Below are positions 1 through 9,213 of a stretch of DNA of 64,000 bases, in pieces (position 1 is the stretch's first letter; each line of letters begins with the position of its first letter). The notes beneath the pieces are model-generated. The model ran no database searches and had not been told where the DNA came from. It worked only from the letters and a program-made list of their open reading frames with translations. The stretch covers positions 376,406-440,405 of the forward strand of contig CAYRYE010000001.1 in the NCBI GenBank assembly GCA_964428655.1, read 5' to 3'. The position numbers and the translations under genes were made by a program. This DNA is from an uncultured Gammaproteobacteria bacterium (lineage in GTDB: Bacteria > Patescibacteriota > Microgenomatia > UBA12405 > JAHJSD01).

Positions 1-1
1 T

Positions 2-301
2 GAAAAAGGAACTAATTGGCTGGAGTGGAAGGGAAATGTTAAAGAATCGGGCCTTCTTCAAGTTAGTGTTTTCCGTTTCCCAGGCTGGAAGGTTTGGATT
101 GATTATGATGAGGTAGAGTTAACCCATGAAAAAGAGTTGGGTAGAATGCTAGTCAAAGTTGACGAAGGAAAACACAAAGTCTATTTCCGTTTTACCAATA
201 CTCCAATCAGGTCCTGGTCAAACCTGATTTCTCTCTTATCTTGGGGAGTTTTGTTACTTGTTATCCTCAGAAATAAATGGCGAAAAATAACCCTGATATA
301 A
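2..301 (+). CDS. 3' end of a gene that starts upstream of the window; hypothetical protein with a C-terminal TM anchor (…IRSWSNLISLLSWGVLLLVILRNKWRK)
   Basis: Frame 2 is open for 100 codons from the window edge to TAA at 299-301. That is unusually long for a random ORF in AT-rich DNA. A hydrophobic C-terminal segment is followed by a basic tail. Confidence 0.3.
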   Translation, partial: EKGTNWLEWKGNVKESGLLQVSVFRFPGWKVWIDYDEVELTHEKELGRMLVKVDEGKHKVYFRFTNTPIRSWSNLISLLSWGVLLLVILRNKWRKITLI

Positions 302-1731
302 AGAGGAAGGCTTTTGCTGGCATTGGCGCCTTAATGATGCGCAGCTTGTTAATGCAGCCGATCTCTTTTTTAGGTTTTTTCTTTCTTTCAGTATTTCTGA
401 AGCGTTGGGAATTGGGAGTATTCTGGGCTGTTTCCGAGGTAGTTGGCTTGCTGGGCTATTTTTCTGATGTTGGTTTAGCAGCCGCTTTGATTCAAAAAAA
501 AGCCAAGCCTAAGAAGGAGGAGATCAGGGCCACTTTTACGATTCAACAGATTTTGGTTTTGGGGTTGATAATTATTGCTGTTGTTCTTGCTCCTTTCTTA
601 CAGCGCCGGTTTAATTTTACTGACGAAGGAAGGTTATTGTTCTATTCATTTTTATTTGGTTTTTTTGCCGCTTCTTTAAAGACGATTCCTTCAGTCAACC
701 TTGAGCGTCGACTTAAGTTTGGAAAGTTGGCCATAGTTGACTTGGTAGAACAGACAGTTTTTACCAGTTTGGCCGTTTTATTGGCCTGGCGTGGTTTTGG
801 AATAACCAGCTGGATCGGAGCTATTCTGGCTCGGTCTTTAGTGGGTGTAGTTTTAATCTATTTATTTTCACCTTGGCCGATTGGCATCAGTTTTAATTTT
901 AAAACTCTTAGATCCTTAGTGAAGTTTGGCGTTCCTTTTCAGATTAATTCACTGCTGGCAGTTTTCAAAGATAGGCTGGTCAACATTTTTCTTTGGGGCA
1001 TTGTTGGCAGTGACGGAATTGGCATTTTGGGTTGGGCTCAGCGCTGGGCCCAACTGCCCTTAAAATTTTTAATGGACCCCGTGATTAGAGTTGCTTTTCC
1101 AGCCTATTCAAGGCTTCAGGGAGACAAACAGCGGTTGAAGAATGCTTTGGAAAGAAGCGGCTTTTTTGTTAATTTATTCATTTTTCCCTTCTTAGTCGGA
1201 ATGGGATTAGCAATGCCCAGAGTAATTGCCGTCTTTCCCCAGTATCAAAAGTGGTCAATAGCCTTGGTTTCTTTTGCTTGGTATTTGGCTAATTTTGGCT
1301 TTGGGGCGGCAACAACGCCATTGGTTAATGCTTTCAACGCCGTTGGTAAAATTAAAATTAGTTTAAAACTGATGGTTTTTTGGACAATTTTGACCTGGTT
1401 GTTTGTTCCTTTTTTAGCCAAGATAAACGGAGCTAATGGAGCCGCCTTTGGCCTCTTTTTAGTTTCGGCGAGTTCTTTTATTGCCTGGCGGTTGGCAAAA
1501 AAAGAATTTAGTGTTTCCTTGAAGAGAATTATTTTCACCCCACTTGTTCTGACAGCGATAATGGCAGTGGTCCTATTGCTTATTAACCAGTTTCTTCCGG
1601 CTACCTTGCTGGGTTTAATTATCTTTGTCCTAACTGGCGGCTTAATCTATTTGATAGCGCTATTGTTAGCAGTTAAAGATGAGTTGATTTGGTTTATAAA
1701 AGGGGCCTTATCACTAGTGAAAAAGTCGTGA
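277..1731 (+). CDS. Wzx-like oligosaccharide flippase (MOP/polysaccharide biosynthesis protein family), polytopic membrane protein
   Basis: 484 aa with about 12-14 hydrophobic helices. The N-terminal region matches the Wzx/PST-family pattern (…LLMQPISFLGFFFLSVFL…DVGLAAALIQKK…). An in-frame TAA sits at 274-276. Confidence 0.6.
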   Translation: MAKNNPDIKRKAFAGIGALMMRSLLMQPISFLGFFFLSVFLKRWELGVFWAVSEVVGLLGYFSDVGLAAALIQKKAKPKKEEIRATFTIQQILVLGLIIIAVVLAPFLQRRFNFTDEGRLLFYSFLFGFFAASLKTIPSVNLERRLKFGKLAIVDLVEQTVFTSLAVLLAWRGFGITSWIGAILARSLVGVVLIYLFSPWPIGISFNFKTLRSLVKFGVPFQINSLLAVFKDRLVNIFLWGIVGSDGIGILGWAQRWAQLPLKFLMDPVIRVAFPAYSRLQGDKQRLKNALERSGFFVNLFIFPFLVGMGLAMPRVIAVFPQYQKWSIALVSFAWYLANFGFGAATTPLVNAFNAVGKIKISLKLMVFWTILTWLFVPFLAKINGANGAAFGLFLVSASSFIAWRLAKKEFSVSLKRIIFTPLVLTAIMAVVLLLINQFLPATLLGLIIFVLTGGLIYLIALLLAVKDELIWFIKGALSLVKKS

Positions 1732-3398
1732 AAAAGATACTTTTAATCCTTTTGATTGTTATTGGTTCTTCTTTTCAGTTGCTGACCGTTTTTAAAAGTG
1801 GCAATCAGTGTCAGTTAGGGATTTGTTTTTGGGGTCCAAACGGGCATGATGGAGTTTGGCATTTAGCTTTAATAAATCAAGCCGCTAAGAAAATTCCTCC
1901 CGCCAACCCAGTTTTTGCTGGCGAGGTTTTGAAAAATTATCATTGGGGGTATAATTTTACCGCCGGCTGGTTGGCAAAAATTCTGTCACTCTCGGTTGCC
2001 AATGTTCATTTTAGGGTTTTACCATTGATTTTTAGTTTGCTTTTGGGTTGGTTGAGTTTTAAATTGGGAATTTTAATCACTGGTAGATTTTGGGTTGGTT
2101 TCTGGTTTGCCTTTTTAAACTATTTTGCCAGTTCTTTGGGTTGGGTAATTACTCTAATTAGGAATGGGAATCTGGGGGGCGAGTCATTGTTCTGGTCAAT
2201 GCAATCCGCTTCTTTTCTTCTCAATCCTCCTTATGCCATGTCTGTGATTCTTTTGCTTTTGGGCCTCTGTCTTTGGAAAAAACGGCAAGGCAGTCTTGGT
2301 TTGGCAAGAACACTTTTTTTAGGCTTGTTGTTTGGTTTATTGTTGAACATCAAGGCTTATTTAGGCATATTATTTCTCCTTGCCTTATTATTTTCTATTC
2401 TTCTTGATTTTTTTGTCCATCGGAGATGGGATAAGGAAAAGGTAATGATTGGCGTTCTTTCTTCGGTCGCCATGGGAGTAGTTTGGTTTTTTTGCCAAAG
2501 AGGCGGCGGCTCTCCTTTTGTTTTTGAGCCTCTTTGGTTTGTGCGGACTATGTTTGAAGCCCAGGACAGATTATTTATTCCCAAACTTGGAAAAGTTTGG
2601 TGGATTCTGAGCAGTAGTTGGTTAACTAATCCCAAATTCTGGATTTTAGCCGCAGGGGGAATATTTTTATTTATAGCGGGTAATTTTGGCACCAGATTGT
2701 TGGGGCTGCTTAGGATTAGAAAGAATTCTTGGGATTGGCTTTTTCTAGGTTTTATTGTCAGCGGAGTTTTAATCCCTTTGTTTTTTACTCAAAAAGGAAC
2801 TGCCTGGAACACTATTCAATTTTTTTATTATTCTTTATTTTTTTCAAACTGGTTCTTAGCTAAATTTCTTGACTCTTTAACTAAAAAGAAATTATCAAAT
2901 CTGATTGGTTTGTTTTTTATAATCCTGCCGCTTTTACTTTCAAATCATGAAGTGTTCAAAACCTATCTTTCTCCTAACCCGACTGCCTATATTCCTAAAA
3001 ACGAGTTAAAAGCCCTTGAATTTTTAAATGATCAGAAAGATGGAGTAGTTTTGACTTTTCCTTATGATCCTTTTGGCAAAGATGGAATAACTCCGCCGCT
3101 GCCATTGTATTTTTATGAAACAACCGCCTATGTGGCTGGTTTTTCTGGACAACAGACTTTTCTTGAGGATGAAATGAATTTGGAAATAACCGGTTATCCT
3201 TGGAAAGAAAGAAGAGTTGAAGTTGAAAAGTTTTTTTCCACCACTGATAAAATTTTGGCCCGTGGTCTTTTATTAAATAATGGTATTGACTATGTTTACT
3301 TAGCTAATAATCAGGATTTTCAAATCCAAGAGGGAGATTTGGGTTTAAAGATGATTTTTGACAATGGACCAGTTAAAATATACAGAGTATTGAAATGA
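1728..3398 (+). CDS. Polytopic integral membrane protein, putative GT-C-like glycosyltransferase or membrane-associated glycan-processing protein (function unknown)
   Basis: Long ORF with many TM helices in the N-terminal two-thirds and a soluble C-terminal region. A GTG at 1728 overlaps the upstream stop (GTGA). The ORF track's TTG at 1689 is an alternative start. Confidence 0.45.
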   Translation: MKKILLILLIVIGSSFQLLTVFKSGNQCQLGICFWGPNGHDGVWHLALINQAAKKIPPANPVFAGEVLKNYHWGYNFTAGWLAKILSLSVANVHFRVLPLIFSLLLGWLSFKLGILITGRFWVGFWFAFLNYFASSLGWVITLIRNGNLGGESLFWSMQSASFLLNPPYAMSVILLLLGLCLWKKRQGSLGLARTLFLGLLFGLLLNIKAYLGILFLLALLFSILLDFFVHRRWDKEKVMIGVLSSVAMGVVWFFCQRGGGSPFVFEPLWFVRTMFEAQDRLFIPKLGKVWWILSSSWLTNPKFWILAAGGIFLFIAGNFGTRLLGLLRIRKNSWDWLFLGFIVSGVLIPLFFTQKGTAWNTIQFFYYSLFFSNWFLAKFLDSLTKKKLSNLIGLFFIILPLLLSNHEVFKTYLSPNPTAYIPKNELKALEFLNDQKDGVVLTFPYDPFGKDGITPPLPLYFYETTAYVAGFSGQQTFLEDEMNLEITGYPWKERRVEVEKFFSTTDKILARGLLLNNGIDYVYLANNQDFQIQEGDLGLKMIFDNGPVKIYRVLK

Positions 3399-4339
3399 AA
3401 AAGCCTTTGATTTCCGTTGTTGTTAATACGATTGATGGTGAGGAGGAGAATTTAGCTCGCTGTTTGGAGTCAGTTCGCCGGTTAGCAGATGAAATTGTAG
3501 TTATTGACATGTGCAGTAAGGACAAGGGCAGGCAAGTGGCTAAAAGTTTTGGCGCAGAAGTTTATCCCCATAAATATCTTACTTACGTTGAGCCGGCAAG
3601 GAATTTTGCCATCAGCAAGGCTAAGGGCAAATGGATATTGGTTCTTGATCCCGATGAGAAAATATCTCGTACTTTAGCCAGGAGACTTCGAAATATTATT
3701 ATTGATGAAGACAAGAAAGACCTTGATTGTGTTCTGATTCCTCGGAAAAATATTATCTTGGGCAAGTGGATGCAGAACTCTCGCTGGTGGCCTGATTATT
3801 TGCCTCGATTTTTCAGAAAAGGGAGAATCAGGTGGCCAAAAGAGATTCATCAACAACCCAACTTGAGCGGTAAAAAAATTCACACCCTTTTAGATAGTGA
3901 AAGATTTGCCATTGTTCATTATAATTACGAAAGTCTAGATCAATTCTTGGAAAGAACTAAAAGATATGCCGAGGCTCGCGCTAAAGAGCTGGTTAAAGAA
4001 AAAAATTATAAACTTAGCAATAAAGATTTATTAATAAAGCCCCTTGAAGAGTTTTTGAACCGTTTTTTCATTGGCGAAGCTTATAAGGATGGAGTTCATG
4101 GCTTGGCTCTTTCCTTACTTCAAGCCTGGGCTGCCCTTCTTATTTATCTTAAAGTTTGGGAGATACAGAAGTATGCCCAAAAGCCGCTTGAGCCCCGAAA
4201 AGTTAAGGAAATAATTTCTGAGGCCGCTTATCAGTTGGGGTATTGGCGGGATGACTTTATAGCCAGCACTAGTTCTTCAGCGCTGGCTCCGATTTTAAAG
4301 CCATTTTTAAAAATCCGGACTTGGTTGACGAAACTTTGA
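3395..4339 (+). CDS. Family 2 glycosyltransferase (GT-A fold), WaaE/KdtX-like
   Basis: N-terminal ISVVVNTIDGEEENLARCLESVRRLADEIVVIDMCSKD followed by an LDPDE (DxD-like) motif. ATGA overlap with the upstream gene. Confidence 0.7.
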   Translation: MKKPLISVVVNTIDGEEENLARCLESVRRLADEIVVIDMCSKDKGRQVAKSFGAEVYPHKYLTYVEPARNFAISKAKGKWILVLDPDEKISRTLARRLRNIIIDEDKKDLDCVLIPRKNIILGKWMQNSRWWPDYLPRFFRKGRIRWPKEIHQQPNLSGKKIHTLLDSERFAIVHYNYESLDQFLERTKRYAEARAKELVKEKNYKLSNKDLLIKPLEEFLNRFFIGEAYKDGVHGLALSLLQAWAALLIYLKVWEIQKYAQKPLEPRKVKEIISEAAYQLGYWRDDFIASTSSSALAPILKPFLKIRTWLTKL

Positions 4340-5277
4340 TGGAAAAGCTTTCAATTGTCATTCTTAACTATAATGGCAAGGAGATATTAAAGCAGACTCT
4401 TGAATCCTTGGTTAAAAGTATTTCTTCTTCTGGTCCCAAGATTATTGTTGTTGACAATGGTTCAACTGATGGCAGTAAAGAGTATTTGAAGCGCTTCGCT
4501 GAGAAATCCGCGAAAATCGATTCTGAGGTCCGCGTTAATTTATCTTTGATTGAAAATCAAAGCAATCTTGGTTTTACCGGTGGCAACAATGTTGGCATTA
4601 GACAAGCATTGAAAGACGGCGCAGATTACGTAATGCTTTTAAATAATGATGTTATTGTTAAAAACGCTTTTTGGAAACCATTAGTTGGTTTTTTGGAAGA
4701 GAACCAAAAAGTTGGCATAGTTGGGCCCAAGATTTATTTTGCTCCAGGCTGCGAGTTTCATCAAGATCGTTATTCCAAGAAAGATAGGGGTAAAGTGATT
4801 TGGTGTGCCGGAGGAATGATTGATTGGGGTAATGTTTATACTCCTCATCAAGGAGTAAACGAGGTAGATAGCGGCCAATACGGTGATGCCCGAGAGACAG
4901 ATTTTGTCAGCGGCTGCTGCCTATTGGCTAAACGAAAAGTGTGGGAAGAAGTTGGTTTGTTAGATGAGAGATATTTTCTTTATTTTGAAGATGTTGATTT
5001 TTGTTTGCAGGCTAAAAAGAAGGGTTGGGAAACTTATTTTGTTCCGGAAAGCAAAATTTGGCATTTGAATGCAGGCTCATCTGGTTGCGGGGGAGAACTT
5101 CAAGACTATTTCATTACCCGTAATCGATTGCTATTCGGTATGCGCTGGGCGCCTTTACGAACAAAGTTGGCCTTGATTCGCGAAAGTTTTAGAATTTTAA
5201 TGAGGAGTAGAAGATGGCAAAAGCTTGGCGTGAGGGATTTTTATCTGAGAAAGTTTGTTAAAGGTAGTTGGCAATGA
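4339..5277 (+). CDS. Family 2 glycosyltransferase (rhamnosyl/galactofuranosyl-transferase-like GT2)
   Basis: LSIVILNYNGKEILKQTLESL…IIVVDNGSTDGSKEYLK signature, then a NNDV…DED motif region. The ATG at 4339 overlaps the upstream TGA (TGATG). The ORF track start 4321 is also possible. Confidence 0.7.
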   Translation: MEKLSIVILNYNGKEILKQTLESLVKSISSSGPKIIVVDNGSTDGSKEYLKRFAEKSAKIDSEVRVNLSLIENQSNLGFTGGNNVGIRQALKDGADYVMLLNNDVIVKNAFWKPLVGFLEENQKVGIVGPKIYFAPGCEFHQDRYSKKDRGKVIWCAGGMIDWGNVYTPHQGVNEVDSGQYGDARETDFVSGCCLLAKRKVWEEVGLLDERYFLYFEDVDFCLQAKKKGWETYFVPESKIWHLNAGSSGCGGELQDYFITRNRLLFGMRWAPLRTKLALIRESFRILMRSRRWQKLGVRDFYLRKFVKGSWQ

Positions 5278-6059
5278 AAAAGAATAACATTTCTGTCATT
5301 ATTATTGCCGGTAACGCGGAAAAAGATATTGAGCGAGCTTTGGAATCAGCCAAGTGGGCCAAAGAAATAGTTGTCATTTTGGCTAATTCAACTGATGGAA
5401 CCGGAAGTATTGCCAAAAAGTACACTAGAAAAATATTTGAGACTCAGGACGAGTATGCTAGTCACTATGATAAATGGCGCAATCTTGGTTTGGAAAAAGC
5501 AGCCGGTGATTGGATTTTTTATCTTGATGCTGATGAAGTAATTACTCCGGAGTTGAAAAAAGAAATTTTGTTAATTACCAAACGCCAATCACCAAACACA
5601 GAACATCAATTTGTTGCCTACGCCGTCCCCCGTGAAAACTATTGTTTGGGTCAGCGAGTAAAATACGGCGGCTCTTGGCCTGATTATGTCAAGCGGTTGT
5701 TTTATAAGTCTGCCCTTGAGAAATGGGTTGGTCAATTGCATGAAGAGCCCGTTTTCAAAGGAAAACTGGGACATTTAAAGAACCCAATCAGACATTATAC
5801 TCACAAGAATTTGGCCTCAATGCTGGCAAAAACAATTAGTTGGTCAAAATTGGAAGCTGAGGAATTACATAAAGTTGGTCATCCACCAATGGTTTGGTGG
5901 CGTTTTTTACGGATGATGCTGACTGAGTTTTGGCAAAGGGGAATTAAAAAACAGGGATTTCGAGATGGAACGGTGGGAATAATAAAAGTAATTTTCCAAA
6001 TGTTTAGCCGTTTCATTACCTATGCGAGATTATGGGAATTACAGCAAAAGGAGAAGTAA
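5274..6059 (+). CDS. Family 2 glycosyltransferase, WaaE/KdtX-like
   Basis: ISVIIIAGNAEKDIERALESAKWAKEIVVI…YLDADE. ATGA overlap with the upstream stop at 5275-5277. Confidence 0.7.
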   Translation: MKKNNISVIIIAGNAEKDIERALESAKWAKEIVVILANSTDGTGSIAKKYTRKIFETQDEYASHYDKWRNLGLEKAAGDWIFYLDADEVITPELKKEILLITKRQSPNTEHQFVAYAVPRENYCLGQRVKYGGSWPDYVKRLFYKSALEKWVGQLHEEPVFKGKLGHLKNPIRHYTHKNLASMLAKTISWSKLEAEELHKVGHPPMVWWRFLRMMLTEFWQRGIKKQGFRDGTVGIIKVIFQMFSRFITYARLWELQQKEK

Positions 6060-7153
6060 TGAGAGCTTTAATTTACGATCCCTATTTAGACACTCTTGGT
6101 GGCGGAGAGCGCTATTGTTTAACAGCGGCAGAGCATTTATTAGAAAATGATTGGCAGGTTGATTTACCATGGCCTGATAGCAAAATAAAACATAAGTTAA
6201 TCAAAAGGTTTAGTCTGAATATAGGTAATATCAATATTATTGATTTTGATATTTTATCGAAAAATTTGCTTTCAAAAATCAGCTTTTTTAAAAGATATGA
6301 TCTGGTTTTTTGGGTATCAGATGGCAGTGTGCCCTTTTTGTTCGGGAAGAAAAACTTGGTTCTTATTCAGGCGCCCTTTATTGGAGTTAATAAAAAGAGA
6401 TTTTTAAACAATTTTAAATTTAATTTTATTAATCAGGTTGTTTGCTATTCCAAATTTGCTAAAAAGTTTATTGATAAAGAATTTGGGGTTAATTCAATGG
6501 TATTATACCCGCCGGTTGACGTGGCAAGGTTTAAACCTGAGAAAAAAGAAAATCTGATTTTAGCTGTTAGCCGGTTTGAGGAAACAATGCAGGCCAAAAG
6601 ACAGAATGTTCTTATTGAGGTATTTAGGGAAATGATTGATGAAGGATTAAAAAACTGGAAGTTAATTTTGATTGGTGGTTCTTTAGAGGAGCCAAAAAAG
6701 AATAAATTTTTGAAAGAGCTTAAAGAGATGTCCCAAAATTATCCGGTAGAATTCTTAGTTAATACTTCTTTTAAAACTCTTCAAAAATATTATGGTCGGG
6801 CGAAAGTTTTCTGGCATGCAGCCGGTTTTGGAATAGATGGGGTAAAAGAGCCTTGGCGGATGGAGCATTTTGGAATGACGACTGTTGAGGCGATGGCCGC
6901 CGGTTGTGTTCCGGTAGTGTTTGGCGGCGGTGGTCTTCCTGAGATTGTGCGACGCGGAGCAGGGGAGAAGTGGAAGACAAAGAATGAGTTGAAAAGAAAA
7001 ACAATGAGACTAATTACCAATGAAGGTATTTTACTCAAGTATCAAAGGAAGGCTGCTCTGGCAGCTCAAAAATTTTCCAAAAATAATTTTTCTCAACAAT
7101 TCCAAGAGATTCTGAACGAGAAGGCCCTGAAATTTGTTTTAAGGACTCGGTAG
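6059..7153 (+). CDS. GT4-family (GT-B fold) glycosyltransferase
   Basis: C-terminal EHFGMTTVEAMAAGCVPVV…GGLPEIV matches the GT4 nucleotide-sugar binding motif. AAGGAG Shine-Dalgarno at 6046-6051. TAATG overlap with the upstream gene. Confidence 0.7.
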   Translation: MRALIYDPYLDTLGGGERYCLTAAEHLLENDWQVDLPWPDSKIKHKLIKRFSLNIGNINIIDFDILSKNLLSKISFFKRYDLVFWVSDGSVPFLFGKKNLVLIQAPFIGVNKKRFLNNFKFNFINQVVCYSKFAKKFIDKEFGVNSMVLYPPVDVARFKPEKKENLILAVSRFEETMQAKRQNVLIEVFREMIDEGLKNWKLILIGGSLEEPKKNKFLKELKEMSQNYPVEFLVNTSFKTLQKYYGRAKVFWHAAGFGIDGVKEPWRMEHFGMTTVEAMAAGCVPVVFGGGGLPEIVRRGAGEKWKTKNELKRKTMRLITNEGILLKYQRKAALAAQKFSKNNFSQQFQEILNEKALKFVLRTR

Positions 7154-7162
7154 TAATACAAT

Positions 7163-8044
7163 TTGGACATGCTGTTAAGAAAGAAAGTATCGGTTATTAT
7201 TCCTAATTGGAACGGCGAGAAGCTGCTTCGAAAAAACTTGCCTCAAGTTTTGAAAGCTCTGCCGAAAAACAGCGAGGTGATTGTGGTTGATGATGGTTCA
7301 ACCGATGGCAGTAAGAAGTATCTTAAAACCATAACTAAAAACTTAAAAGTAATTTTCAATGACCGTAATCTTGGTTTTAGCAAGGTGTGTAATCAAGCAG
7401 CAAAATCAGCAAAAGGAGAGTTTCTAGTTTTGCTGAACAATGATGTTATTCCTGAAAAAGGGTTTTTAAAACCGGCTCTAAATCATTTTAACGATCCTGA
7501 TGTTTTTGCTGTTTCTTTTAATGAACCTCAATTTGGCTGGGCCAAAATTTGGTGGCGGGGCGGCTTTATTCATCATGGCACAGGCGGCAGGGGAAAGAAA
7601 TCCCACATTTGCGCTTGGGCCTCAGGAGGAAGTGCCGTTTTCAGAAAGTCTATGTGGCGGGAATTAGGTGGCCTTGACAAGCTTTACGAACCGTTTTATT
7701 GGGAGGACTTTGATTTGGGTTATCGAGCTTGGAGGCGCGGCTGGAAAATTATTTGGGAGCCGGGTTCAATTGTCTACCACCGTCATGAATCGACAATTTC
7801 TAAATTTTCCCGAGATTATGTAAATTTAATCCGAGAGCGAAACCAGCTTTTATTTATTTGGAAAAATATAGACGATTTTTGGCTGCGGCTTTCTCACCCT
7901 TTTGGTTTAGCTTTAAGAGCCTTGACTGCCCCTAATTATATTAAAGTAATCTGGTCAGCCTGTAAGCAGTATCGCCGATTTAATAAACCAGAAGAAAAAA
8001 ACAGAGTTAGAGCAGATAAAGAAATTTTAGGATTATTTAAATGA
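7163..8044 (+). CDS. Family 2 glycosyltransferase
   Basis: VSVIIPNWNGEKLL…VIVVDDGSTDGSKKYLK…LLNNDV. Paralog of the next gene. Confidence 0.7.
   Translation: MDMLLRKKVSVIIPNWNGEKLLRKNLPQVLKALPKNSEVIVVDDGSTDGSKKYLKTITKNLKVIFNDRNLGFSKVCNQAAKSAKGEFLVLLNNDVIPEKGFLKPALNHFNDPDVFAVSFNEPQFGWAKIWWRGGFIHHGTGGRGKKSHICAWASGGSAVFRKSMWRELGGLDKLYEPFYWEDFDLGYRAWRRGWKIIWEPGSIVYHRHESTISKFSRDYVNLIRERNQLLFIWKNIDDFWLRLSHPFGLALRALTAPNYIKVIWSACKQYRRFNKPEEKNRVRADKEILGLFK
7294..7379 (+). repeat. ~86-nt near-identical tract shared with 8161-8246 (tandem GT2 paralogs)
   Basis: About 87% nucleotide identity including a perfect 24-mer (aaagtaattttcaatgaccgtaat). The flanking gene sequence is much more diverged. Confidence 0.6.
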
Positions 8045-8850
8045 TGCTTTCTATTATTGTTGTTAGTTATAATACTAAACAATTGCTTCATAATTGCTTA
8101 AAAAGTATTGAAAAGAATAGAAAAGAATTGAAAAGTGTGGAAGTAATAGTAGTTGATAATGGGTCAACCGATGGCAGCAAAGAATATCTCAAAACCACAA
8201 CCAAAGACTTAAAAGTAATTTTCAATGACCGTAATTTGGGTTTTGCTGAAGCCAATAATCAAGGAATAAAGATTGCTAAAGGCAAATATGTTTTGCTTCT
8301 CAACAGCGACACAGTTGTAAAGGCTGGCGCCTTAAAACAATTAGTAGAATTTGCTGAAGAAAAACCAGACGCCGGTGTTATTGGATCTCAGTTATTAAAT
8401 CCTGACGATAGCGTTCAGCCCTCTTGCTATCATTCTCCTTCTATTTTTGGAGCAGTAAAAGAATTTTGGCTGGGGCAGAAGGGCGCTTTTACTAAATATG
8501 CGCCGGGAACCAAGGAGCCTGTTGCTGTTGATGCTGTGGTTGGAGCCGCCTTTTTAATTCGAAAAGAAGTGATTGACAAAATTGGCTTGCTTGATGAGCA
8601 ATATTTTATGTATTTTGAAGATCTGGATTATTGCCGCCGAGCTTGGCGGGCGGGTTATAAAGTTTATTATTTACCTGGGGCAGAAATAATCCACCTGCAT
8701 GGCGCCAGCGGAAAGAAACTTAAGAGCAAACCTAATCAGTGGTTAATAGAAAGCAGCAAAATTTATCACGGTAAGTTTAGGCATTACCTGATTAACTTTA
8801 TTATTTGGCTAGGTCAGAAATACCAGAGGTTAGAGAAATTTAAATATTGA
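8041..8850 (+). CDS. Family 2 glycosyltransferase (tandem paralog of 7163-8044)
   Basis: LSIIVVSYNTKQLL…VIVVDNGSTDGSKEYLK…LLNSDTV…YFEDLDY. ATGA start overlap. Confidence 0.7.
   Translation: MMLSIIVVSYNTKQLLHNCLKSIEKNRKELKSVEVIVVDNGSTDGSKEYLKTTTKDLKVIFNDRNLGFAEANNQGIKIAKGKYVLLLNSDTVVKAGALKQLVEFAEEKPDAGVIGSQLLNPDDSVQPSCYHSPSIFGAVKEFWLGQKGAFTKYAPGTKEPVAVDAVVGAAFLIRKEVIDKIGLLDEQYFMYFEDLDYCRRAWRAGYKVYYLPGAEIIHLHGASGKKLKSKPNQWLIESSKIYHGKFRHYLINFIIWLGQKYQRLEKFKY
8161..8246 (+). repeat. Second copy of the conserved GT2 tract (see 7294-7379)
   Basis: Direct comparison of the two sequences. Confidence 0.6.
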
Positions 8851-8884
8851 GTGAAGAGTGAATAACATGTACTGTTTCGGTAGT

Positions 8885-9136
8885 TTAGTAAAGTCCTCTA
8901 CGTACACGATGTACATAATATCCTATTCTTAAGACAGCTTTCTGGATTAGCCTTGGATTTACAAGATTGCTTGGAGTACGTATGCGGTGTTCTCCATCGT
9001 CACAGTCTATGTCGACAATCTGCAGAACTGATCCTTTAGAGACTTCAGTTACTCTGCCCCTAATTAATGGTGCTCTCCTGCCACATCCTTTACGAACGAA
9101 TACTTCGTCACCAGTTTGTACTACCCTTTCTCCCAT
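8885..9136 (-). CDS. Small DUF1918-like protein (83 aa)
   Basis: MGERVVQTGDEVFVRKGCGRRAPLIRGRVTEVSKGSVLQIVDIDCDDGEHRIRTP fits the DUF1918 pattern (VGD..V..G…G.V.EV…DDGHE…P). Local GC is about 43% versus about 36% in the flanks. The ORF-track start at 9172 is a TTG that lies in the promoter -35 element. Confidence 0.4.
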   Translation of the reverse strand: MGERVVQTGDEVFVRKGCGRRAPLIRGRVTEVSKGSVLQIVDIDCDDGEHRIRTPSNLVNPRLIQKAVLRIGYYVHRVRRGLY

Positions 9137-9143
9137 ATAAATA

Positions 9144-9172
9144 ATTATATTGGAAAAGATTGTTAAAATCAA
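9144..9172 (-). promoter_or_regulatory. Sigma70-type promoter TTGATT-17nt-TATAAT. The -10 element ends 7 nt before the ATG at 9136, so the transcript is leaderless.
   Basis: Read on the minus strand: ttgatt ttaacaatcttttccaa tataat tatttat ATG. Confidence 0.5.
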
Positions 9173-9213
9173 CTTTTTGTGTGTTAGTTGGCTGAGGTAG
9201 AACTTATGGTAAA

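Noticed and set aside
1245-2692. Antisense ORFs 1245-1538 and 2357-2692 nested inside membrane-protein genes
   Set aside because: These are shadow ORFs opposite well-supported long CDSs. The same applies to 3583-3883, 4681-4878, 5589-5774, 6771-7038, 13379-13817, 14304-14879, 16931-17254, 22377-23345, 24367-24917, 26868-27800, 28271-32460 minus-strand ORFs, 34059-36051, 41461-42599 opposite-strand ORFs, 44105-44335, 46595-46972, 48536-48727, 54206-54511, 56033-56242, 58378-58587, 60612-60929, and 62044-62277.
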